Source: Porticoccus sp. (lineage in GTDB: Bacteria > Pseudomonadota > Gammaproteobacteria > Pseudomonadales > Porticoccaceae). From it: DNA of 64,000 nucleotides. Both the position numbers and the translations under genes were made by a program. Under the pieces are notes generated by a model, which worked only from the letters and a program-made list of their open reading frames with translations, was not told where the DNA came from and did no database searches. The stretch spans positions 4,765-68,764 of the forward strand of contig JBFICW010000007.1 in assembly GCA_041581635.1 (NCBI GenBank), written 5' to 3'. Of this stretch, positions 11,847 through 20,804 are shown one piece after another; position 1 is the stretch's first letter, and every line of letters starts with the position of its first letter.

Positions 11847-12884
11847 ATGACAGTGCTTGTTACCGGCGGGGCCGGATACATTGGTAGTCATGCTTGTGTC
11901 GCACTGATTCAGGCTGGACACGATATCGTCGTGCTAGACAATCTATCCAACAGTTGCCAGGAGTCTCTGAACCAAGTTTCAGTGATTACAGGGGCGAAGT
12001 TTCCTGTGGTTATTGATGATGTGAACAATCGTACGGCGCTCGACAACCTGTTTAGTACTTACCAGATTGATGCGGTCATGCATTTTGCTGGGATGAAGGC
12101 TGTGGGTGAATCCTGTGAATTTCCTCTTACTTACTACCGTAACAATGTTGCCGGCACCCTGACGCTCTGTGAGGCGATGAAGGATCATGCTGTCCGAACC
12201 TTGATCTTTAGTTCTTCGGCAACGGTCTATGGTGACCCCTTGAGTAATCCGATAACAGAAGATTTTCCCCTCCATGCCACTAATCCCTACGGGCAGTCAA
12301 AAGTTATGGTAGAGCAAGTGTTGCACGACTTGGTTAGAGCCGATGCATTCTCTGCTGAGCCGTTCTGGAACATAGCCATTTTACGTTATTTTAATCCAGT
12401 AGGAGCGCATGTCAGCGGAAGAATTGGGGAGGATCCCCGTGGAATCCCAAACAATCTTTTGCCATTTATTTCACTGGTTGCAGCGGGAAAGCTTAAGGAG
12501 TTGTCGGTGTTTGGCGGTAGCTATCCAACACCTGATGGTACTGGTGTTCGAGATTATATCCATGTCATGGATCTGGCCGAAGGCCATGTGAAAGCATTTG
12601 ATACATTAATGGAAGAAAAGACATCGAGTGGTTGTCACACTTGGAATCTGGGTACGGGAAATGGCTACTCGGTTCTGGAAATGGTTAGAGCTTTCGAGAC
12701 GGCTTCTGGATGTCCTGTGCCATATAAGATAGTCGATTGTCGCCCCGGTGATGTCGCTGAGTGTTGGGCAGATGCTTCGAAAGCCGAGAGTGAGCTAAAC
12801 TGGAAGGCCGCTAGGGGGCTTGTCGAAATGATGGAAGATACTTGGCGATGGCAGTCCCAGAACCCAAATGGTTTCAGCGAATAG
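11847..12884 (+). CDS. galE: UDP-glucose 4-epimerase
   Basis: VLVTGGAGYIGSH, YxxxK (PYGQSK), LRYFNPVGAH, RDYIHVMDLA; start ATG 11847. Confidence 0.95.
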   Translation: MTVLVTGGAGYIGSHACVALIQAGHDIVVLDNLSNSCQESLNQVSVITGAKFPVVIDDVNNRTALDNLFSTYQIDAVMHFAGMKAVGESCEFPLTYYRNNVAGTLTLCEAMKDHAVRTLIFSSSATVYGDPLSNPITEDFPLHATNPYGQSKVMVEQVLHDLVRADAFSAEPFWNIAILRYFNPVGAHVSGRIGEDPRGIPNNLLPFISLVAAGKLKELSVFGGSYPTPDGTGVRDYIHVMDLAEGHVKAFDTLMEEKTSSGCHTWNLGTGNGYSVLEMVRAFETASGCPVPYKIVDCRPGDVAECWADASKAESELNWKAARGLVEMMEDTWRWQSQNPNGFSE

Positions 12885-12931
12885 CTAACGGCATATAGCG
12901 TTTTTCTGCGTCAGGTTGGCGTTGCTTTTCA

Positions 12932-14374
12932 TTATGAAAGGGGCAGTTCTATATGAAATGTTGTGCCTACATTCAAATCGGAAGTGACTGCCAGCTGGCC
13001 ACGGTGTTGTTCGGTAATAATAAAGTGTGAAAAAGATAATCGTTTCCCTGCATCAAAATCTTCATCTGACACTTTATCGTTAAAAAATGGTTCGAAGATA
13101 TATTGCTGTTCTTCATAGTCAATACCAACGCCATTATGTTGTACTTTTACCCATAGCGCTTCGTAACATTCGATAACTTGAATTTTGATGGTTGGACAGT
13201 GGTTCTTTTCTTCGACTTGTCCAAGCGCATGACAAGCATGCCGAAATAGACTGAGGAATACCTGCTGGAGCTCGGCCACATAACAGGGAATCTTTGGCAG
13301 ATCTTTGTCGTAATACCGCTCAATTTTTATTTCCTTAAAGCGCAGTCCCGAAGGCACGGATAGCACATCATTTGCAAGCTTAAGTGTATGTTCGATGATG
13401 TCTATGATTGATGCCTGGTTTCTTTCACCGCCACGGCTATGGGAAAACTCGAGTAGATTATTAATAACGGCCAGTGCCTGCTGGCCTTGATGGCTGGCAT
13501 CACTCAATAGTTCTTTAAGGGTGGCTATCTGCGTGGGATTTACTGGATGGTTCAGTTCAAGTTCAGCCTGGCTTTTTTTCAGGTCGAGTAAAATTCCTTG
13601 AAGCGGAGAATCAATATCATGGGCCATAGTGGAAGCTAGCTCGCCCATAGAAGACATTTTGTCCCTTTGTATCAGCATATTTGCAGCAAGAATATGCTGG
13701 GTTACATCATCAATTAGTATCACAACACCTGTTTCAATTTGATCCTGGAGTGGGTAAATAGTGATATCAAAGTGGTATTGTCCGCGCTGACTGTGCTTGA
13801 TAGTGATTGGTTTCTTTTGCTGCTGCGCCTGGGCAATTTGATGGGGTGTGACCGTTATTGCTGGATAAGCTTGCCACAGATTTTCGCCAAGTGCCTGTGC
13901 AGATGCAATGCCTGTTATTTCTTCCGCTTGATGGTTCCATTGTGTTATCTCGCTGCGTTCATTGAGCCCAATGAGCATAAGAGGCATGGAGGTAAGGATG
14001 TCGGAGATATAGCCCTCGGAGGATTTGAGTCGAGCAGTGGTTTCCCTATGCTGAGTTATTTCCCCCTCTAGAAGTTCATTGCTTTCTTTCAAAAGTTGGT
14101 TGGACTCATCCAGCGTGGCTGTTCTTTCTTGTACCCGCTGTTCCAATTCACAGCGAATAGCATTCAACTCGCGGTTGGACTGTTGTGTCTGCCGGCGGCT
14201 GAAAAAAAGTGTGACGGCGGTCAATGAAAGAAGAAGAATAAGAATTCCGCTCGACCAGTTGGCCACATGCTGCCAGTCGGTATGCCCTTCTTCATCCTTA
14301 AAGTGACTGACTACACCTGCATAGAGCGGGTGACTGGTCAGTAGTAGAACAAGGGAAAAGAGGTGTTTTGTCAT
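12932..14374 (-). CDS. Signal peptide/TM-coiled coil-PAS-HisKA-HATPase-like sensor with degenerate catalytic boxes
   Basis: H-box MAHDIDSPL and F-box IFEPFF present; N/G1/G2 boxes altered; start set to ATG 14374 (MTKHLFSLVLLL). Confidence 0.85.
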   Translation of the reverse strand: MTKHLFSLVLLLTSHPLYAGVVSHFKDEEGHTDWQHVANWSSGILILLLSLTAVTLFFSRRQTQQSNRELNAIRCELEQRVQERTATLDESNQLLKESNELLEGEITQHRETTARLKSSEGYISDILTSMPLMLIGLNERSEITQWNHQAEEITGIASAQALGENLWQAYPAITVTPHQIAQAQQQKKPITIKHSQRGQYHFDITIYPLQDQIETGVVILIDDVTQHILAANMLIQRDKMSSMGELASTMAHDIDSPLQGILLDLKKSQAELELNHPVNPTQIATLKELLSDASHQGQQALAVINNLLEFSHSRGGERNQASIIDIIEHTLKLANDVLSVPSGLRFKEIKIERYYDKDLPKIPCYVAELQQVFLSLFRHACHALGQVEEKNHCPTIKIQVIECYEALWVKVQHNGVGIDYEEQQYIFEPFFNDKVSDEDFDAGKRLSFSHFIITEQHRGQLAVTSDLNVGTTFHIELPLS

Positions 14375-14476
14375 ATTGCTACAGGCCTTGCTGGAAGATG
14401 TCAGATACAAATGAGAGTTTTGGTTAATGGGAAAAAACAATTTTCATAATAATGACTATATAGGAATATTTTTTGG

Positions 14477-15016
14477 CTATTCCCTTATTGCGCAAAGTGC
14501 TTGAGTCATGCGATCCGGGTTGGCTTCCTTTTGTTGTATAAAATCTATTACCTTCAATTCCTGACCAAAGACCCTGAGAAGTTCATCCTGCTGGAGTAGA
14601 AAATCTGGGTTGCTGGGCTTGCCAAATTGCTCGTTACCCTGTGAGAATGTTTTGTAGATTAACACAGCGCCTAGGTTAAGTGCTTTTAGTAAATAGGGAA
14701 AGAGTGGGCGATGCAGATAATTGATTATGATCACACCTGAAAATTCACCGGCTTTGAATGGAAAAGGGTTGTTGTTCTCCAGGTCATACTTCAATAGCGT
14801 TGCGCCCTTATGTGATTCAAGATCCGAGACGCCCGATAGGTCTTTGTCTATAAATGTGACGGGGTAGCCCAGATCGAGAAAGTAACGACCATGCCGTCCT
14901 CGGCCACAGGCGAGATCGAGTATTTTTCCCTTTGGTATTAACGAGGAAAATTGAACGACCCAGGGGTCGGGGCTACCCGGTTCTGGGAAAGTAGAGCGTG
15001 ATTGGTGGTTTTTCAC
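14477..15016 (-). CDS. Class I SAM-dependent methyltransferase (TehB-like)
   Basis: Motif I ILDLACGRGRH; INYLHRPLF; GTG start. Confidence 0.8.
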   Translation of the reverse strand: MKNHQSRSTFPEPGSPDPWVVQFSSLIPKGKILDLACGRGRHGRYFLDLGYPVTFIDKDLSGVSDLESHKGATLLKYDLENNNPFPFKAGEFSGVIIINYLHRPLFPYLLKALNLGAVLIYKTFSQGNEQFGKPSNPDFLLQQDELLRVFGQELKVIDFIQQKEANPDRMTQALCAIRE

Positions 15017-15034
15017 GGAGTGCGATTCAGACCA

Positions 15035-16357
15035 TTACAATAAAAAGACCATGCCAGCGGCATACACTAACCCCGACCACAACAAAGCCACCGTACAGTA
15101 GCCCATAATGTCTTTAATGCCCAATCTTGCAATGCCTAACAGAGGTAAAGCCCAGAGAGGTTGGACCATGTTTGTCCATGCATCGCCAAAAGCTACTGCC
15201 ATGGCGGCATGATTGAGCGGTATACCTAAAGATTGAGCCGCAGGAATGACAATAGGCGCTTGCACGGCCCACTGACCCCCTCCAGAGGGTACGAAAAAGT
15301 TAACGATACCGGCACTAAGAAAGGTGAATAGGGTAAAAGTTTCAGCGGTCGAAATGCTGATAAACCATTCTGACATGGACGTGGCAAGTCCTGACTGAAC
15401 CATCATCCCCATTATCCCTGCGTACAGTGGAAATTGAAGGACGATTCCAGACACACCTTTGACCGCTTCATTGAGAGCAGAAAGATAACTGGCTGGGGAT
15501 CTGTGAAGCAATAGGCCCGCGACCAGAAAAATAAAATTTACCGTGTTCAGGCCAACTTTTCCGCCGCCCATGAAGTAATCAATAAGATAGTAGCCCCCCA
15601 GCAGACCCAGCAGCAGGGTTGGCAAACGATGGTTTTCTACCTTGTCAGCGGGGGTGTTACTTTGTATGGGGACCTCTTCTACATCACCAGCGTGGTCTGG
15701 GTGGATTTCTACCACTTCGTCAGGTTCTGGCATCATTAGGCGGTTAAGAATGGGAAGAGTTATGAAGATGACCAGACAAATGGTGATGACTTCCCAGCTA
15801 AAAATGGTCTCAGAGAGCGGGATGGTCGTTTCACCCATAAGTGTTCCAAGGACATCACCATCAGAGACTGCAATTTTTAGGGGTATCGAGCCCGATAGCC
15901 CTGCATGCCAGATCAGCATACCTGAATAGGCCGATGCCACTAGTAGTGGGTAGTGTACCCCTTTAACTTGTCGGGCAATTTCTCGGGCCATTAACGCGCT
16001 GGTTATCAGCCCAAACCCCCAGCTGATCCAGCAACAGATTAAGGCTATACCAGTCATCAAGATAATGGCCTGGCTGGGTGTTTTTGCCAGGCGGGCTATA
16101 TTCCTTAGCCCCCTTTTTACCGTGCTAGTCTGAGCTAGAACGCTACCTGTCACGAGAGTGATAATGACCTGCATTGAAAATATCAGGAGATTCCAAACAC
16201 CATCCCCCCAGAATTGAGCCATTTTTGCAGGTGTGTGCCCTTCGCCTAGTACGCCACCAATAAGCACCACGAAGGTTAGGATAATGGCAATGATAAAAGC
16301 ATCGGGTAGCCAGCGTTGCATGATGCCCGTGAAAAAGCTGGATAGGGTACGAATCAT
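15035..16357 (-). CDS. atoE: Short-chain fatty acid transporter (AtoE family)
   Basis: RWLPDAFI, WHAGLSGSIPL, FVPSGGGQWAVQ, GDAWTNMVQP. Confidence 0.88.
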   Translation of the reverse strand: MIRTLSSFFTGIMQRWLPDAFIIAIILTFVVLIGGVLGEGHTPAKMAQFWGDGVWNLLIFSMQVIITLVTGSVLAQTSTVKRGLRNIARLAKTPSQAIILMTGIALICCWISWGFGLITSALMAREIARQVKGVHYPLLVASAYSGMLIWHAGLSGSIPLKIAVSDGDVLGTLMGETTIPLSETIFSWEVITICLVIFITLPILNRLMMPEPDEVVEIHPDHAGDVEEVPIQSNTPADKVENHRLPTLLLGLLGGYYLIDYFMGGGKVGLNTVNFIFLVAGLLLHRSPASYLSALNEAVKGVSGIVLQFPLYAGIMGMMVQSGLATSMSEWFISISTAETFTLFTFLSAGIVNFFVPSGGGQWAVQAPIVIPAAQSLGIPLNHAAMAVAFGDAWTNMVQPLWALPLLGIARLGIKDIMGYCTVALLWSGLVYAAGMVFLL

Positions 16358-16513
16358 GTATGACCCCTTTATTGTTATTTAATGGTCAACGTTGAGCGAG
16401 TTTATCATTTTTTCCCGTTGGTTTAATCATGGGCTGGAGGTAACTCCATGCATTTGGCTATTTTTGCAATGGGTGTTAAAGCCTTATCCGTCATATCGGT
16501 AGTGGCTCTCTCA

Positions 16514-17320
16514 TTAAATGTGTTCTTGATGAAAGTACTCGTGTGTGTCGAGGTTCATCAGTCGAAGAGGTCCACCCCAAACATAGCCCGTATCCAAGGG
16601 GAATAAATTTTTTCCACAGGGCCTCCCCTCTAGGGCCGCCCAGTGACCAAAGATAATTTTAGCGTCTTCTGGCAATTGCGATGGGTGGCTGAACCAAGGC
16701 GAGAATCCTTCGGGCGATTCTTCCGGTGACGTCTTGCTGGTGAGTTTTAGTTCACCTGCCGGTGTGCAAAAACGCATTCGGGTTAGGTAATTGGTAATAA
16801 CACGCCAGCGTAGTGGGGGTTCCAGATCATCTTGCCAGAGACAGGGCTCATTGCCATACATGACATTAAAAAACTGGGCAGCTTTGGTGTCGGAAGAAAG
16901 GACCTCCTTCATCTCGGCGGCAAATATTTTGGCCTGCTCAAGTGTCCATTGGGGAGGAATACCTGCATGAACCATGGAAAATTGCTTGTCTTCAATCAGT
17001 AGCGGTTGTTGTTGTAGCCAGTGAAGTAATTCGTCACGGTCGGGGGCGCGGAGAATATCGTCTAGTGTGTCACTACTACTGGGGCTGCGCACTTCATGTG
17101 CAATAGCAAGAAGGTGGAGGTCGTGGTTGCCGAGCACCATGCGAAAGTGGCTACCGAGTTGGTGGCAAAAGCGTAGGGTTTCTAATGATTCTGGCCCTCT
17201 GTTTACGATGTCTCCCACCGACCAAAGCTCATCGTTAGAAGAATCAAAGCCGACCTTATCGAGTAGGAGTTTCAGTGGTTCAAGGCAGCCTTGAAGATCG
17301 CCGACGGCGTAGGTGGTCAA
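16514..17320 (-). CDS. apaH: Symmetrical bis(5'-nucleosyl)-tetraphosphatase
   Basis: YAVGDLQGC, GDIVNRGP, LGNHDLHLL, FGHWAAL. Confidence 0.96.
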   Translation of the reverse strand: MTTYAVGDLQGCLEPLKLLLDKVGFDSSNDELWSVGDIVNRGPESLETLRFCHQLGSHFRMVLGNHDLHLLAIAHEVRSPSSSDTLDDILRAPDRDELLHWLQQQPLLIEDKQFSMVHAGIPPQWTLEQAKIFAAEMKEVLSSDTKAAQFFNVMYGNEPCLWQDDLEPPLRWRVITNYLTRMRFCTPAGELKLTSKTSPEESPEGFSPWFSHPSQLPEDAKIIFGHWAALEGRPCGKNLFPLDTGYVWGGPLRLMNLDTHEYFHQEHI

Positions 17321-17685
17321 TGAACGGCTCCAGGCACAGACAGTAGAAAGGCTGGAATGGGGACTTCAAATAATTCGTCTGATTCAGAGATCATTTGGTA
17401 GCTGCCTTCCATCGTCCCGACTTTGGTGTCCAGCGTGACTCCGCTGGTGTATTGGTAGGATTCCCCTGGGCTAATGATTGGTTGCTCTCCCACTACCCCG
17501 GGTCCTTCGACTTCCTTGACATGGGCGTTGCCATCGGTAATGACCCAGCGGCGGTTCAGCAGCTGTGCAGTGTCATCACCGTGATTCTCAATACTGATAT
17601 GGTAGGCGAAAGCATATTGGCTTTTGGCGGGGTCGGATCGTTCAGGTAAATAGCTAGGGGTTACTACGACATCAATTTGGCTCAT
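17317..17685 (-). CDS. apaG: ApaG protein
   Basis: YAFAYHISIEN...GPGVVGEQP...GTMEGSY. Confidence 0.96.
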   Translation of the reverse strand: MSQIDVVVTPSYLPERSDPAKSQYAFAYHISIENHGDDTAQLLNRRWVITDGNAHVKEVEGPGVVGEQPIISPGESYQYTSGVTLDTKVGTMEGSYQMISESDELFEVPIPAFLLSVPGAVH

Positions 17686-18518
17686 AGTAAAGCTCCTATT
17701 TGGTTGCTCAGTTTGACAAAATCCTCAACATTTAGGTTTTCTGGACGAAGTGTCAGATCAAGATCAAGTAGCGCCAGTTGTTCGGTCTTGAGCATGTGTT
17801 TGAGTGTGTTTCTCATGGTTTTGCGCCGCTGCTGAAAACTGGCCCTGACTAACCGGGACAATAATTGAAGGTCGTCTGCGGGGTAGGGTGGTTTTGCATA
17901 TGGAATTAGCTGGACGATCGCAGATTCTACTTTTGGCGCGGGCTGAAAGGCTGTGGGAGGAACTCTAAATAGGGGTTGTACTTGACAGCGGTACTGAATC
18001 ATCACGCTGAGACGGCCATAATTTTTGTCACCCGGAACCGCAGCCATTCTGTCGACGACTTCTTTTTGCAGCATAAAATACATGTCACGAATCAGGTCGC
18101 TGAAGTTCAGCAAATGAAACAGTAACGGGGTTGAAATATTGTAGGGCAGGTTGCCAATAATTCGCAGAGGTTGATCTTTATGGTAAAACTGGCTGAAATC
18201 TGTTTTCAGAGCATCACCCTGATGAATATGAAAGTCCGGATATTCCAGAAATTTTTGCTCTAATAGTGGTATCAGATCTCGGTCTAGTTCCACTACATTG
18301 AGCTGAGGACACTTCGCCAGAATAGGCTCGGTGATGGCTCCTTGCCCCGGACCAATTTCGATCAGATTCTGGTCAGGTGCCGGCGCGATAGCAGCAACAA
18401 TCTTATCGATAATGTTGTGGTCCACCAAGAAATTCTGGCCAAACCGTTTTCTTGCCTGATGGGGGCTCTTTGTTTTAAGAGCGTTCGACTTGGCACCGGT
18501 GGTTCTGGGTTGATTCAT
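17682..18518 (-). CDS. rsmA: 16S rRNA m6,2A dimethyltransferase
   Basis: [23 protein letters not shown]. Confidence 0.97.
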   Translation of the reverse strand: MNQPRTTGAKSNALKTKSPHQARKRFGQNFLVDHNIIDKIVAAIAPAPDQNLIEIGPGQGAITEPILAKCPQLNVVELDRDLIPLLEQKFLEYPDFHIHQGDALKTDFSQFYHKDQPLRIIGNLPYNISTPLLFHLLNFSDLIRDMYFMLQKEVVDRMAAVPGDKNYGRLSVMIQYRCQVQPLFRVPPTAFQPAPKVESAIVQLIPYAKPPYPADDLQLLSRLVRASFQQRRKTMRNTLKHMLKTEQLALLDLDLTLRPENLNVEDFVKLSNQIGALL

Positions 18519-19492
18519 CTTTGGCCTCCGGCCATATCAGCGGCGTAGTTAATAGCTGTTTTGAGGCTTCCAATATTTGCCTTGCCTGTACCGGCTAAAT
18601 CCAGTGCTGTGCCATGATCTACGGATGTGCGGATGATTGGTAGTCCCAGAGTGATATTGACCGCAGCCCCAAATCCTTTGTACTTCAGCACGGGTAAACC
18701 TTGATCGTGGTACATGGCCAAGACCGCATCACATTGCTCCAGGTACTTAGGTGTGAATAAGGTGTCAGCTGGCAATGGTCCCTCTAGGTTCAGCCCTTGC
18801 CTGCACAACCTGTTCAACGCTGGTTGTATCACTTGAATTTCTTCCATTCCCAGGTGGCCGCCCTCACCCGCATGTGGATTTAGGCCGCAAACCAAAATCT
18901 TAGGTTTTGAAATACCAAACTTCTGTTGAAGGTCATGGTGTAGAATTTTGATGACCTGCTCGAGAAGCTCTTCTGTGATTGCGGCTGGTACCTGCGATAG
19001 GGGTAGGTGTGTTGTGGCCAGTGCCACTCGCAATCCTTCGGTGGCTAACATCATCACAACACGAGGGGTTTGGGTGTTTTCGGCTAGAAATTCGGTGTGA
19101 CCGCTGAAGGGAATGCCTGCTTCATTAATGATGCCTTTATGTACGGGGCCCGTGATCATTCCTTGGCAGAAGCCTTTTTGGCAATCGTCAAGCGCTGCAG
19201 AAAGGGTGTTTAGAACGTAGCGTGCATTGGCTGTATCAAGAGTGCCAGGTTGAACGGGTTTGTCTAATTTTACAGGCTGTACTACCAATTCACCCGCCCC
19301 CAGTGGTCGGGGTGGGGCGGCGGTTACTGTATGAAGTCTCAGGGGGAGGCCTAATTGAGCGGCTCGGGTTAAGAGTAATTCGGGGTCTGCATAGGCTACC
19401 AGTTCGTGTGGCTGTGCCTGTTGCGCAAGCTGAACAACCAAATCGGGTCCAATCCCGGCGGGTTCTCCGGGAGTAATAGCCAGCCTAATCAC
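18515..19492 (-). CDS. pdxA: 4-hydroxythreonine-4-phosphate dehydrogenase
   Basis: [36 protein letters not shown]. Confidence 0.97.
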   Translation of the reverse strand: MIRLAITPGEPAGIGPDLVVQLAQQAQPHELVAYADPELLLTRAAQLGLPLRLHTVTAAPPRPLGAGELVVQPVKLDKPVQPGTLDTANARYVLNTLSAALDDCQKGFCQGMITGPVHKGIINEAGIPFSGHTEFLAENTQTPRVVMMLATEGLRVALATTHLPLSQVPAAITEELLEQVIKILHHDLQQKFGISKPKILVCGLNPHAGEGGHLGMEEIQVIQPALNRLCRQGLNLEGPLPADTLFTPKYLEQCDAVLAMYHDQGLPVLKYKGFGAAVNITLGLPIIRTSVDHGTALDLAGTGKANIGSLKTAINYAADMAGGQR

Positions 19493-20787
19493 AATTTGAT
19501 TTCTATGAATGCCTCGTCACGAATTTCCTGTTGCCAAACTTGCAGCTCTTCCTGGAACTTCCTTTGTTTCAGGATTTGACTGGCTTGACTGCGTTTTATA
19601 TCTTCGCTGAAATCCTGATTGCGGCGCTCAGTAACCTGCACGATGTGCCAGCCAAATTGGGTGCGAAATGGCTGGCTGACCTCGTTAACGGCTATTTTGT
19701 TCATCGTCTTTTCAAATGTAGGCACGAACTTGCCGGGAATAGACCAACCGAGACTCCCCCCAGCGAGTGCTGTAGCGATGTCTTCTGAATGCTGCTTGGC
19801 TAGTTCCGCAAAGTCTCCGCCATTGATTATTTCTGTGCGTATGTCATCCAGCACAGCCTGGGTTTCTTCATCACTTCTTATTTCATTGGGTGAGAGAAGG
19901 ATATGTCGAACGTTGTGCTGTTTCACTAGCTGAGTGTTGCTCCCGCCGCGTCTCTCATACAATTTTAGTAGATGATAGCCAGCATTACTCCGAATAGGCT
20001 CACTGGTTTGCCCGGGGCTTAATGTCTCAATGGCGGTGATAAATAGACTTGGTAGCTGTGCTGTTTTTCGCCAGCCGAGGTCTCCACCTTTTAGGGCATT
20101 CTGTCCTGCTGAATTTGCTACAGCAAGACTTTTAAAATCAGCGCCACTTTGAATTTGGTTATAAATGTCTCGAATTTTTTGCTCTACGCTGGCGACCTCA
20201 TCACGAGGAGCGCCCGCCGATAATGAAAGTAAAATGTGCCCGAGGTTTACGTCAGGCGAAGACCAAGAGCGTCCTTCTGCAGAATTAAGAAAATTCTCGA
20301 TTTCTTGCTCAGTAATGGAAATTCGACGATTGAGCGAGCCCTCTTGAACTTTGGAGATGATCATCTCTTCGCGTATTTGCTGACGTAAACCGGCTAATTT
20401 GATACCTCTCTGGTGAGCTCTTTCAACTAACCCATCGATACTAGTGCCTTTACTTTTGGCCAAACGTTCCATGGCCTGATTTAGCTCGGCATCGCTAAAT
20501 CGAATGCCTGCCCGTTGACCTAACATAAGCTGCAAGCGCTCAAGTATTAACCGATCCAGCACTTGGGGTACCAGGACATTTTGAGGCGGCGCTTTCGTGC
20601 CACTTTCTTCCAGCCGAAAGTAGATATCCTGAACCCGGCTTTCCAGCTCGCTGGCCATCACCACATCGTCATTAACGATGGCAACAATCCGGTCGAGGAG
20701 TACTTCTTCCGCAGCTATGGGTAGGGAGAACGCAGCAGCCAGAGCTGTTGCGGACAATCGCTTAATAATTTTACTGCGTATACTCAT
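19489..20787 (-). CDS. surA: Periplasmic chaperone/PPIase SurA
   Basis: Signal peptide, DRIVAIVN, two parvulin domains ([14 protein letters not shown]). Confidence 0.96.
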   Translation of the reverse strand: MSIRSKIIKRLSATALAAAFSLPIAAEEVLLDRIVAIVNDDVVMASELESRVQDIYFRLEESGTKAPPQNVLVPQVLDRLILERLQLMLGQRAGIRFSDAELNQAMERLAKSKGTSIDGLVERAHQRGIKLAGLRQQIREEMIISKVQEGSLNRRISITEQEIENFLNSAEGRSWSSPDVNLGHILLSLSAGAPRDEVASVEQKIRDIYNQIQSGADFKSLAVANSAGQNALKGGDLGWRKTAQLPSLFITAIETLSPGQTSEPIRSNAGYHLLKLYERRGGSNTQLVKQHNVRHILLSPNEIRSDEETQAVLDDIRTEIINGGDFAELAKQHSEDIATALAGGSLGWSIPGKFVPTFEKTMNKIAVNEVSQPFRTQFGWHIVQVTERRNQDFSEDIKRSQASQILKQRKFQEELQVWQQEIRDEAFIEIKL

Positions 20788-20804
20788 GATTCAGTCTGCA
20801 TGCG

